Shown: one piece after another, positions 34,886 to 44,502 of the stretch
How positions within the stretch are numbered: the first letter of the stretch is position 1
Layout of the letters: each line of letters begins with the position of its first letter
DNA from: an uncultured Bacteroidales bacterium
GTDB lineage: Bacteria > Bacteroidota > Bacteroidia > Bacteroidales > CAZJKL01
Reading direction: 5' to 3'
DNA: 64,000 nucleotides
Assembly (NCBI GenBank): GCA_964546655.1
Contig: CAZJKL010000001.1
Location: forward strand, 69,751-133,750
Notes under the pieces: generated by a model
The model's input: the letters and a program-made list of their open reading frames with translations, nothing else
Database searches by the model: none
What the model was told of the DNA's origin: nothing
Made by a program: the position numbers and the translations under genes

Positions 34886-37291
34886 ATGAATGATAAACCT
34901 TTTTTTCATTCCGCAATTATTAATGATGACGAAGATTCAATTTCTATAATTACAGATGAATTTGAAGATAAAACATTTTCAGAAACTTTGCCAGAAGAAT
35001 TACCAATTTTACCATTAAGAAATACAGCACTTTTTCCTGGAATATTGATTCCTATTACAATAGGAAGAGAAATGTCTATAAAACTTGTTAATGACGCATA
35101 TAAAGGGAATAAAATTATTGGCGTTGTAGCTCAAAAAGATACATCTATAGAAAATCCAACAAAAGAAGATCTACATAATATTGGAACCGTTGCTGTTATT
35201 ATTAAAACTTTGAAAATGCCCGATGATAATACTACGGTTATTATTCAAGGTAAAGTTAGGTTCGAAATTCAAGAAATGGTTAAAACAGAGCCTTATTTTA
35301 TTGGTAAAATTAAGAAATTAGAAGAAGAAAAACCTGAAGATAAGGATAAAGAGTTTAATGCTATTTCGGATTCTCTTAAAGAAACAGCATTGCAAATAAT
35401 TAAAAGTTCACCCAATATCCCCCCTGAAGCTTCTTTTGCAATAACAAACATCGAAACGCCAAACTTTCTTATAAATTTTATTTGCACAAATAATAATATT
35501 CCGATTAGCGACAAACAAAAGCTATTAGAAACAAGTAACTTAAAAAACAGAGCATTATTAGCTTTAGAAAATTTAAATAAAGAATTACAGCTTTTAGAAT
35601 TAAAAAATAAAATTCAGAAAAAAGTTAGAACTGATATCGACAATCAACAAAAAGAATATTTTCTTCATCAACAAATAAAAACTATTCAAGAAGAACTTGG
35701 AAATGGAGGAACAGAGCTTGAAATAGAAGAACTAAAAAAGAAAGCTAAAAACAAAAAGTGGTCAAAAGAAGTTAGCGATAAATTTGAAAAAGAAATTCAG
35801 AAATTACAAAGAATGAATTCGGCTAGTCCCGAATATTCGATTCAGGTTAATTATCTTGAAACACTCGTTGAAATGCCATGGAATCTGTTCACAAAAGATA
35901 ATTTCGATTTATCAAAAGCCGAAAAAATATTAGAAAGAGACCATTATGGTTTAGATAAAGTTAAAGAAAGAATAATTGAATATTTAGCTGTTTTAAAATT
36001 AAAAGGTGATATGAAATCGCCAATATTATGTTTTTATGGCCCGCCTGGCGTTGGTAAAACATCACTTGGAAAATCTATCGCTGAGGCGCTTAACAGAAAA
36101 CATGTGCGTATTTCTTTAGGTGGTATTAGAGACGAAGCTGAGATAAGAGGGCATCGAAAAACATATATAGGAGCAATGCCCGGTCGAATAATTAAAAATA
36201 TTAAAAAAGTTAATTCATCTAATCCTGTATTTGTTTTAGATGAAATAGATAAGTTAACCTATAATATACAGGGAGACCCGTCATCAGCTCTTTTAGAGGT
36301 TCTTGACCCAGAACAAAATTATTCTTTTCACGATAATTTTTTAGAAGTTGATTTCGATTTGTCTAAAGTTATGTTTATTGCAACGGCTAATTCTTTAGAG
36401 ACAATTCAACCTGCTTTAAGAGATAGAATGGAAATTATTGAAATAAACAGCTATCTACTTGAAGAAAAAATATTAATTGCAAAAAAACACCTTATTCCTA
36501 AGCAATTAAAAGAGCACGGTTTAACTAAAACAGATATAATATTTGATAAAGAAATAATAGAAAAAATTGTTTCAGAATATACTCACGAAGCAGGAGTTAG
36601 AGCTTTAGAAAAAGTTATAGCGAAAATAATTAGAAAAATAGCAAAATATAAAGCTTTTAATCAAGATTATAATAAGAAATTAAAGGCAGAAGATATTAGC
36701 ACAATATTAGGGCCTCAATTAATTACAAAAGACCGCTACGAAGGCAATGATATACCTGGTGTTGTTACTGGTTTAGCTTGGACACAAGTAGGAGGAGATA
36801 TTTTATTTATAGAGGTAAGTCTAAGTAAAGGGAAAGGTAATTTTAGTATAACAGGTAATTTAGGTTCTGTAATGAAAGAATCAGCTACCATTGCTTTAGA
36901 ATATCTAAAATCAAACTATAAAAAGTTTAATATTGATTATAAAATATTTGAAAATACAAATATTCATATACATGTTCCAGAAGGAGCAACTCCTAAAGAT
37001 GGACCTTCTGCAGGTATTACGCTTTTAACAGCTTTGGTTTCGGCAATAACAAAACGAAAAGTTAAAAAAGCTATTGCAATGACAGGTGAAATAACATTGA
37101 GAGGTAAAGTATTGCCTGTTGGCGGAATTAAAGAAAAAATATTAGCTGCTAAAAGAGCTAATATCAAAGAAATTATTTTAAGCAAGTCTAATAAAAAAGA
37201 TGTTGATGATATAAATAAACTTTATGTTGAAGGACTTAAATTTAGTTATGTTGAAACAATGGATGAGGTTATTTCTTTAGCTATAATATAG
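34886..37291 (+). CDS. lon: ATP-dependent Lon protease
   Basis: [14 protein letters not shown]. Walker [10 protein letters not shown]. Catalytic PKDGPSAG and K in ...GGIKEK. Confidence 0.95.
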   Translation: MNDKPFFHSAIINDDEDSISIITDEFEDKTFSETLPEELPILPLRNTALFPGILIPITIGREMSIKLVNDAYKGNKIIGVVAQKDTSIENPTKEDLHNIGTVAVIIKTLKMPDDNTTVIIQGKVRFEIQEMVKTEPYFIGKIKKLEEEKPEDKDKEFNAISDSLKETALQIIKSSPNIPPEASFAITNIETPNFLINFICTNNNIPISDKQKLLETSNLKNRALLALENLNKELQLLELKNKIQKKVRTDIDNQQKEYFLHQQIKTIQEELGNGGTELEIEELKKKAKNKKWSKEVSDKFEKEIQKLQRMNSASPEYSIQVNYLETLVEMPWNLFTKDNFDLSKAEKILERDHYGLDKVKERIIEYLAVLKLKGDMKSPILCFYGPPGVGKTSLGKSIAEALNRKHVRISLGGIRDEAEIRGHRKTYIGAMPGRIIKNIKKVNSSNPVFVLDEIDKLTYNIQGDPSSALLEVLDPEQNYSFHDNFLEVDFDLSKVMFIATANSLETIQPALRDRMEIIEINSYLLEEKILIAKKHLIPKQLKEHGLTKTDIIFDKEIIEKIVSEYTHEAGVRALEKVIAKIIRKIAKYKAFNQDYNKKLKAEDISTILGPQLITKDRYEGNDIPGVVTGLAWTQVGGDILFIEVSLSKGKGNFSITGNLGSVMKESATIALEYLKSNYKKFNIDYKIFENTNIHIHVPEGATPKDGPSAGITLLTALVSAITKRKVKKAIAMTGEITLRGKVLPVGGIKEKILAAKRANIKEIILSKSNKKDVDDINKLYVEGLKFSYVETMDEVISLAII

Positions 37292-37322
37292 ATGTAAAAC
37301 AAATTTTTAAAAATAATTATAT

Positions 37323-37868
37323 ATGAGAAAAATATACTTAATAATTTTAATTGCGATAATTTTTATTGCGGCCGAAGAAAATAATAAAAATAATTTTTAT
37401 AATCTTAAAGCTAAAACAATTAATGGTAAAGATTTCGATTTTAATTCTTTAAGAGGCAAAAAAGTATTGATTGTAAATGTCGCATCTAATTGCGGATACA
37501 CAAATCAATATAAAGGATTAGAAGAATTATATCAAACATATAAAGACAGTAATTTTGTTATCATTGGATTTCCTTCTAATGATTTTAGTAATCAAGAACC
37601 TGGTACAAATAAAGAAATTGCTAAATTTTGCGAAAAAAATTATGGGGTCTCATTTTTAATGATGGAAAAAATTGTAGTAAAAGGAGAAGAAATGCATCCT
37701 GTTTACAAATGGCTAACTAAAAAAAGCGAGAATGGGATTCTAGATTCAGAAGTAAAATGGAATTTTCAAAAATATATGATAAATGCAGATGGAATTTTAT
37801 TCGGATTTGCTTTAACTCAAGAATTGCCAAATTCAACAAAAATTGTATCTTGGATAGGAGGTAAATGA
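37323..37868 (+). CDS. Glutathione peroxidase family protein
   Basis: LIVNVASNCGYT, FPSNDF, KWNFQKY motifs. Confidence 0.9.
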   Translation: MRKIYLIILIAIIFIAAEENNKNNFYNLKAKTINGKDFDFNSLRGKKVLIVNVASNCGYTNQYKGLEELYQTYKDSNFVIIGFPSNDFSNQEPGTNKEIAKFCEKNYGVSFLMMEKIVVKGEEMHPVYKWLTKKSENGILDSEVKWNFQKYMINADGILFGFALTQELPNSTKIVSWIGGK

Positions 37869-38037
37869 TATTTTTTACAATTATTAATTGCAATGTAATT
37901 GTTTGAATTTCAGTGCTTTTTGTTTGAATAAAAAAAAAATAAAAAAAAGGGGTGAAAAAAAAAATTGTGATTTAATATATTTTTAAAAAAAATGCATTTA
38001 TTTGCAAAAAAAAATATATTAATATATGATTACGTAG

Positions 38038-39477
38038 ATGAAAAATACTTATTTCGATTTAATAGAGCAAAGTTATTATTTTCCTCAAGAAGGCTTTGAT
38101 TTAAGAGACAACTCTTTAACTTTCCAAGGAATTTCATTAACTTACTTGATAAAAAAGTACGGCACACCGTTCAGATTTTTTTATTTACCTAAGATAGGTG
38201 AACAAATTAAAAAAGCCAGAAATTTATTTAATAAGTCGATAAAAAAGCATAACTACAAAGGTAAGTATTTTTATTGCTATTGCACCAAATGTAATCACTT
38301 TTCGCATGTTATAAACGAAGCGTTAAAACATAATGTTAACTTAGAAACATCATCATCTTACGATATAGATTTAATACTAAACCTATATCATGATGGTAAA
38401 ATTAATAAAGACAGAACAATAATTCATAACGGATATAAAACGGATGAACATTTAAAGAAAATAATTGATTTAAATAATTTTGGATTTAAAAACTCAATCA
38501 TCATTATAGACAGTATTAATGAATTAGAAAGAATACAACAGTTTATTGGAACTAAGAAAATAAAGATAGGTATTAGAATGGCTATAAACGAACAGTCACA
38601 GTCTTCGTATTACACATCAAGATTAGGTCTTAGAAATACCGATGTTTTAAGTTTTTATAGAAATCATATAAAAACAAATAAAAATTTAGAATTTACAATG
38701 CTTCATTTCTTTGTTGATTCAGGAATTAAAGACAGCGTGTATTATTGGGGTGAATTCCATAGAGCTTTAAGTTTGTATATTGAATTAAAAAAAGAATGTA
38801 AGTCTTTAAATTCGTTCAACTTAGGTGGAGGATTCCCAATTAGAAATCATTTAGGTTTTGAGTATAGCTATGAATATATTATTGGTGAAATAATTAATAA
38901 TATTAAAGAAGCTTGTGTTAAATATGATATTGATGAACCAGATATTTATACTGAATTTGGTAAATATACAGTAGGAGAATGTGGTGCTATTATATTTAAA
39001 GTACTAGAGCAGAAACAACAAAATGATTCTGAATTATGGTATATAGTTGATAATAGCTTAATGAATACAATTCCAGATGCTTGGTCGATTCATGAAAAAT
39101 TTATATTACTGCCAATCAACAAATGGGAAAATGCATATAAAAGAATTAATATTGGAGGTATAAGTTGTGATCATTCAGATTATTACAATTCTGAAGACTT
39201 AAATCAAGAAGTTTATTTGCCAACATTTTCAAATGAAGAAGAAGAACCGCTTTATCTTGGCTTTTTTCATACAGGAGCATATCAAGATTCAATAAGTGGT
39301 TATGGTGGAATAAAACATTGTTTAATCCCTTCTCCTAAGCATGTAATTATCGATAGAGATGAAAAGGGTAATTTTGTTGATTTTGTTTATAGAAACGAAC
39401 AATCTTATGATGAAATGTTTAAAATTTTAGGATATAATACAAATATTGAGAATACGGTTAAAATAGAGAAAAAATAA
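38038..39477 (+). CDS. Type III PLP-dependent decarboxylase (short arginine-decarboxylase-like form seen in Bacteroidota)
   Basis: Orn/DAP/Arg decarboxylase-like blocks (YCTKCNHF, LGGGFP, GAYQDS). Assignment to arginine is by recollection only. Confidence 0.65.
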   Translation: MKNTYFDLIEQSYYFPQEGFDLRDNSLTFQGISLTYLIKKYGTPFRFFYLPKIGEQIKKARNLFNKSIKKHNYKGKYFYCYCTKCNHFSHVINEALKHNVNLETSSSYDIDLILNLYHDGKINKDRTIIHNGYKTDEHLKKIIDLNNFGFKNSIIIIDSINELERIQQFIGTKKIKIGIRMAINEQSQSSYYTSRLGLRNTDVLSFYRNHIKTNKNLEFTMLHFFVDSGIKDSVYYWGEFHRALSLYIELKKECKSLNSFNLGGGFPIRNHLGFEYSYEYIIGEIINNIKEACVKYDIDEPDIYTEFGKYTVGECGAIIFKVLEQKQQNDSELWYIVDNSLMNTIPDAWSIHEKFILLPINKWENAYKRINIGGISCDHSDYYNSEDLNQEVYLPTFSNEEEEPLYLGFFHTGAYQDSISGYGGIKHCLIPSPKHVIIDRDEKGNFVDFVYRNEQSYDEMFKILGYNTNIENTVKIEKK

Positions 39478-39489
39478 TAAATTAAATGT

Positions 39490-39993
39490 ATGAAGAAGCA
39501 AAATAAACTTAGAGTTATTCAAGATTATGAAAAAATTAGTAAAGACATTAAAGAGCAAATTAAACTAGTTTATCCTGAAGGTTTTTCAGACAATCTTATT
39601 GAATTTAGAAATGCAAAAGGAGAAAAAGTTAGTGCATTGCCATTTGAAACAGACGACAAAATTTATATGATTAGAATGTCGGTTAGTAAAGCTGAACAAA
39701 TAATTAAAGATGATGAGGATTATGATGAATATGGAATATTAAAAGTAAGCACTAAAGAAAAATATGAAGATAAATATTCTGATATTGATTATATGTCTGA
39801 ATACATTGGTAATCCAGAGGTTGAATTAGAAATTGATAAAGATGAAAAAGATGATGATTATGATGATAAAGATGATGATTACGGTGATGGCATTAAAAAT
39901 AGTGGTGACGATGACGATGACGACGAAGATGATGACGATGATAGCATTGAGCTAGATGATGACGATTTAGACGATGAAGACGACATCAAATAA
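39490..39993 (+). CDS. Hypothetical protein with extreme poly-Asp/Glu C-terminal tail
   Basis: The C-terminal ~55 aa are almost entirely D/E (GDDDDDDEDDDDDSIELDDDDLDDEDD). Confidence 0.6.
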   Translation: MKKQNKLRVIQDYEKISKDIKEQIKLVYPEGFSDNLIEFRNAKGEKVSALPFETDDKIYMIRMSVSKAEQIIKDDEDYDEYGILKVSTKEKYEDKYSDIDYMSEYIGNPEVELEIDKDEKDDDYDDKDDDYGDGIKNSGDDDDDDEDDDDDSIELDDDDLDDEDDIK

Positions 39994-40005
39994 AAAAATA
40001 GAAAT

Positions 40006-40040
40006 AAAAAAAGGGGAATTTGAAAAATTCCCCTTTTTTT
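40006..40040. terminator. Bidirectional rho-independent terminator between convergent genes
   Basis: ggggaattt-gaa-aaattcccc flanked by A7 and T7 runs. Confidence 0.85.
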
Positions 40041-40057
40041 ATTTAATATAATAAATA

Positions 40058-40504
40058 TTATTCAGCAATAACTTCAAATTCAATATCAAGATTGATGTCT
40101 TTATATAAACCAACATTTGCTTTATATTTTCCAAGTTCTTTAATTGAATCAGCTTTAACCGAAATCTTTTTTCTATCAACTTTCAATCCGTTAGCATTTA
40201 TCGCATCTGCAATTTGAATAGCATTAACAGAACCAAATATTTTTCCTGTTGAACTAACTTTTGCACCTACTTTAATGCTTAATTTTTGAAGTTTTTCTAG
40301 TTCAGCTTGTGCTTCTTTTCTAAGTTTTTCTTCTTTGAAAGCCCTTTGTTTAAGGTTTTCAGCTAAAACTTTTTTATTAGAACCAGTAGCTTCAATAGCT
40401 TTACCCTGTGGAATAAGAAAATTTCTGCCGTAACCGTTTTTAACACTTACAACATCATCTTTGTATCCAAGGTTTTTAATATCTGTTTTTAAAATCACTT
40501 CCAT
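40058..40504 (-). CDS. rplI: 50S ribosomal protein L9
   Basis: MEVILKTDIKNLGYKDDVVSVKNGYGRNFLIPQGKA. Confidence 0.95.
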   Translation of the reverse strand: MEVILKTDIKNLGYKDDVVSVKNGYGRNFLIPQGKAIEATGSNKKVLAENLKQRAFKEEKLRKEAQAELEKLQKLSIKVGAKVSSTGKIFGSVNAIQIADAINANGLKVDRKKISVKADSIKELGKYKANVGLYKDINLDIEFEVIAE

Positions 40505-40516
40505 AATAATGTCTCC

Positions 40517-40780
40517 TTATTTTAATAAATCTCCAACATAAGGTAAAATAGCTAAATGTCTAGCTCTTTTAACTGCTTGTGTAACTTTTCTTTGGTATTT
40601 TAAAGAAGTGCCAGTTATTCTTCTAGGTAAAAGCTTACCTTGTTCATTAATAAATCTTTTTAAAAATTCACCATCTTTATAGTCAATGTATTTAATACCA
40701 CTTCTTTTAAAACGGCAATATTTTTTCTTCTTAACCTCTACCTGCGGAGGTGTTAGATATCTAATTTCACTTTCTGCCAT
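40517..40780 (-). CDS. rpsR: 30S ribosomal protein S18
   Basis: CRF...IKYIDYKD...LPRRITG...QR..T.A.KRAR.LA.LPY pattern. Confidence 0.95.
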   Translation of the reverse strand: MAESEIRYLTPPQVEVKKKKYCRFKRSGIKYIDYKDGEFLKRFINEQGKLLPRRITGTSLKYQRKVTQAVKRARHLAILPYVGDLLK

Positions 40781-40783
40781 AGC

Positions 40784-41134
40784 TTAAGCCTCCACTTTTT
40801 CTATTTTGTTTTTATTTCTTTTTTTAATATTATAAGCAAGAGAATGCTTATCTAACTTAACAGTTAAAAAACGCATGATTTTTTCATCATGTTTTAATTC
40901 TGTTTCAAACTTTTGAATGATAGGGCCATCAGCCTTATATTCAATTAAATGATAAAAACCAGTCGACTTCTTTTGAATAGGATAAGTCAACTTTTTTAAA
41001 CCCCAGTGATCTTCAAAGATTATCTCAGAACCCAAAGAAACTAATATTTCTTTGAATTTTTTGATAACATCCTTTACTTGATCTTCGGATAAAACCGGAG
41101 TAATAATGAACGTTGTTTCGTATTGATTAACCAT
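40784..41134 (-). CDS. rpsF: 30S ribosomal protein S6
   Basis: YETTFIITPVLSEDQV...WG.KKLTYPI. rpsF-rpsR-rplI gene order. Confidence 0.95.
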   Translation of the reverse strand: MVNQYETTFIITPVLSEDQVKDVIKKFKEILVSLGSEIIFEDHWGLKKLTYPIQKKSTGFYHLIEYKADGPIIQKFETELKHDEKIMRFLTVKLDKHSLAYNIKKRNKNKIEKVEA

Positions 41135-41231
41135 TTTAATTTAATTTAATTTATTTAAGATTTTTAAAAAATGAACCGCAAAATAACAAAAAATATTTTT
41201 AATTTACAACTTTTTCAAAATAAACTTTGTT

Positions 41232-43727
41232 TTATTCGTCTTCCCATTCAAATATTACATTGTTTTTCTTAGTTGTACTGTTGTCTTTATTGTTGTTAGA
41301 ATCGGTGTCCTTGGGCCTTTTTGAGAATAAATTTTTAAAATTATCTTTCTCTGTTTTTAAATCTTCTTTAATCTTTTTTGCAACACTTTTAGTATCATAC
41401 GAAAATTTTGGATTATCGACAGTTCCTGTTAATGATACATATAAAGATGTTCTTCCTTTTGTTTCTTCTTCGTTTATTAAGAATTCTGAATTTTCTTTTT
41501 TGTTCTTTTTTGCTTTGTTTGACAATAATTCAGATAAAAGTAATTTAATTTTATAGTCAATTTTATTGTCAAATGTGTGATTTCCACTTAAATCAATATC
41601 TAATGCACTCGATTTTATTTCCATATATGGAATAGAAATAACTTTGTTTTTTATTGAAATATTATTTTTTAAGGTCGAGAATTTTATATGTTCTAATTCA
41701 CTTAAACTAATAAAACGAGATAGGCTTTCGAGCGATTTATAATTTATTAATTCACCATTTTTTACAATAACATCGCAGTTTACAATTAAATTATCTTGAA
41801 ATAGTTTAATGTCGCCTAAAATTGAACTAAAATTTATGTTTGCATTTAAAACGCCATTTATATTTTTTGATGTAATATTGGTTTGATTAAAGTTGTTAAA
41901 GCTTGAGAATAATTGCTGAATATTAATGTTGGTTAAATTTAAGCTACTGTTTATCAAATATTTATTATTATTGTTTTTTAAATTAATATCTCCAATAAAA
42001 CTGCCATTTAGAATTAATGAATTAATATTCTGAACCGAGATAATATTATCTTTTATATATAAAATACAATTGAAATTTGTTGCTTTTAGTTTTTCGTAAA
42101 CAACCTTTTTTGAATTAATATCACATAACAATTCAATTTTTTTATCAGAATAAGTACTAGTATTAGATTCCGTTTCATCAAAAAACAATATTTCATCAAG
42201 GTTTATTAGTTTAGAATTAACATCAATATCTATTAATAAATCTGAATTATCATTAGTAAATTCTTTTACATTTCCATTGATATTAAAATCCGAATCAGAA
42301 TATATTCCAACTAACTTTTGAATTAAAATTTCATCTTTTTTTAATTCAAAAACACCATTAATATCTTGAAATGAATATGGGTATTGTTTTAATTTTATGT
42401 TAGTTTCAGTTAATTTAATTGAACCGGTATTTTCTCCATTAAAAAAGTTTTTATACGTGAATTCATTAATATTGTTAATTATACCATTGAGTTCAAATTT
42501 TAAACTGCAAACGCCATTAATTTTTTCAATATCATCATTGTTTATTTGTTCATTTATATCCGATAAATCTATTTCTCCGTTAATTGTTCCTTTGTAATTT
42601 ATTGTATTTAAGTTATTTAAATCAATATTTCCAGTTAAAATATTATTGTTAATGCTAAATTCGTATTTGCTAATCGTGATAGAACTATTTTCTAAATCAT
42701 AGTTTTTATCTTGCTCATAAACACCAATTAGATTAATATCTTCAAATTTATATTTCTTGTATTTATAAATACCTTTTTCTATATCAAAGTTAATTAATAT
42801 TTTAGGGCATCTACTGCTACTTAAAATCCCATTAATTTTTCCATTAAAATTAATATTACCATTAACTTCTAAACTATCAAAATTATGCTTAAAGCAAATA
42901 GGAATAATGCCTTTAACTTCATTAATATCAGAATTATCGGCTTTAAAATCAATATTTACCAACAAATCATTTTTCATATTAAAAGAACCATTTATAAAAA
43001 AATCAATATTATTAAAATTTAGTTCACAATCTTTTAATTCAAGTTTATCGTTAAAATATTTAAGGTTTGAATTTATTTTCCCATTTATATTTTCGTAATA
43101 TCTTTTATTGCTCAGGTAAAGATATTTTACTAAGAAATTATTATTTAAATTAGTTTCAATATTTGAAGAATTAAAATCTCCTTTCAATGAAAGGTTGTCG
43201 AAAAAAAGATGTGTTTTAATAATTGTTTCTTCATTAACATATATAAAATTAGAATTTGTAAGTTCAATTTTATTAAGTTTAATATTAGCTTTTGAATTTG
43301 AATTTTTGGTCTCTTTTAGGCAGTAATAGTTGTAGTATCCGTTTTTATTTGCTTTTATTTTTATTTTAGAATTGTCTAGAGCAATTTTTTTAATTGAAAA
43401 GTTTTCAGAGATAATATCCCAAATATTAAAATAAACATAAAGTTTTTCGGTAAATAAAAGAGTATCATTGTTGAAATTATCTTTTTTGTTTTTATAATTT
43501 TCAATTATTAGAACTTCATTAAATAGGATTGTTGTATTAGGGAAAGTTTTTAAAAAAGTAATATCAATCTCTTTTATTGAAATTTTTGATTCGAAATAAT
43601 TATTTAGTTCCGCTTTAGCAATATTTTTAATTTTATCGCCTTTTAAAAATAATATTAACGAAATAGCTGATATTATAACTAAAAATAAAATAAGTAAGGA
43701 TATTATGACTGCTTTAAAAATCTTCAT
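41232..43727 (-). CDS. AsmA-family large membrane-anchored protein
   Basis: Single N-terminal TM (MKIFKAVIISLLILFLVII) followed by a long beta-rich Asn/Ile-rich region. Start set at the internal ATG before the TM helix. Confidence 0.5.
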   Translation of the reverse strand: MKIFKAVIISLLILFLVIISAISLILFLKGDKIKNIAKAELNNYFESKISIKEIDITFLKTFPNTTILFNEVLIIENYKNKKDNFNNDTLLFTEKLYVYFNIWDIISENFSIKKIALDNSKIKIKANKNGYYNYYCLKETKNSNSKANIKLNKIELTNSNFIYVNEETIIKTHLFFDNLSLKGDFNSSNIETNLNNNFLVKYLYLSNKRYYENINGKINSNLKYFNDKLELKDCELNFNNIDFFINGSFNMKNDLLVNIDFKADNSDINEVKGIIPICFKHNFDSLEVNGNINFNGKINGILSSSRCPKILINFDIEKGIYKYKKYKFEDINLIGVYEQDKNYDLENSSITISKYEFSINNNILTGNIDLNNLNTINYKGTINGEIDLSDINEQINNDDIEKINGVCSLKFELNGIINNINEFTYKNFFNGENTGSIKLTETNIKLKQYPYSFQDINGVFELKKDEILIQKLVGIYSDSDFNINGNVKEFTNDNSDLLIDIDVNSKLINLDEILFFDETESNTSTYSDKKIELLCDINSKKVVYEKLKATNFNCILYIKDNIISVQNINSLILNGSFIGDINLKNNNNKYLINSSLNLTNINIQQLFSSFNNFNQTNITSKNINGVLNANINFSSILGDIKLFQDNLIVNCDVIVKNGELINYKSLESLSRFISLSELEHIKFSTLKNNISIKNKVISIPYMEIKSSALDIDLSGNHTFDNKIDYKIKLLLSELLSNKAKKNKKENSEFLINEEETKGRTSLYVSLTGTVDNPKFSYDTKSVAKKIKEDLKTEKDNFKNLFSKRPKDTDSNNNKDNSTTKKNNVIFEWEDE

Positions 43728-43775
43728 AAAAAATGTTTTGTCAAAAATATTTAAAAAAAACACAAATAAAAAAAA

Positions 43776-44501
43776 TTATTGAAAATATTCAGAAAGCACA
43801 TCAATAGATAAAATATCAATATTTTTATCTAGATGAAAACTAATATGATTAATTAATGTTTTAAGTATAATAATTTTATCTGCGTTTTCTATTTTTAAAT
43901 TATTTAAATCATTTATTTTTGTTTGAATTAAATTGTTTAAAATATTAGAATGTTTTGTTTCAAATGTCGGTGAACTGTCAAGTATATTTGCAGAAAACTC
44001 ACCTTCTTTTATATTAAAACTTGTATTTTTAATAGAATAATTATTAAGAGGGTTTATGCCTAAAAACCTAGAATAGTTTAATAAAAAATAAAGATGAAAA
44101 TTTGCAGATAATTCTTTTTCGCTATTAATATATTCAATTGTATTTGATAAAAAGTTGAATAATGCTATATTTTCTTCTTCTTCTATTATTGTTTTATAAA
44201 TAATTTCGGAAATAAATATAGAAATAGCTGTTTTGATAGGATTAAAATTAATATAAGAATTGTAAATATTTTTACTTAATTCTTTAATAGTATTTAAGTT
44301 GTTTTTTTCATTTTTGGTTACAACCATTTCAATTATAGATAAAGGTTGCAATTGATTAACTCTTATTTTTGAGTTTTTATTTTTAATCCCTTTTATTATA
44401 TATGACTGTATTCCAAAGCTTTGTGTGTAAATTTTTGAAATTATGCTCGAATCAGAGTAATTAAAATTTTTAAGGACAATGCCTTTAGTATTATAATACA
44501 T
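43776..44501 (-). CDS. recO: DNA repair protein RecO
   Basis: N-terminal OB-fold signature TKGIVLKNFNYSDSSIISKIYT. Size fits. Confidence 0.8.
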   Translation of the reverse strand: MYYNTKGIVLKNFNYSDSSIISKIYTQSFGIQSYIIKGIKNKNSKIRVNQLQPLSIIEMVVTKNEKNNLNTIKELSKNIYNSYINFNPIKTAISIFISEIIYKTIIEEEENIALFNFLSNTIEYINSEKELSANFHLYFLLNYSRFLGINPLNNYSIKNTSFNIKEGEFSANILDSSPTFETKHSNILNNLIQTKINDLNNLKIENADKIIILKTLINHISFHLDKNIDILSIDVLSEYFQ

Positions 44502-44502
44502 T

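Noticed and set aside
41227-41556. Antisense or shadow ORFs listed in the track. Examples: 41227-41556, 42397-42597, 42907-43098, 49264-49698, 51753-52019, 52270-52539, 59564-59872, 62308-62623, 4294-5181 minus, 14834-15028, 15616-15906.
   Set aside because: Each lies opposite to or out of frame within a longer CDS that carries clear family motifs. All are low-complexity products of AT-rich sequence.
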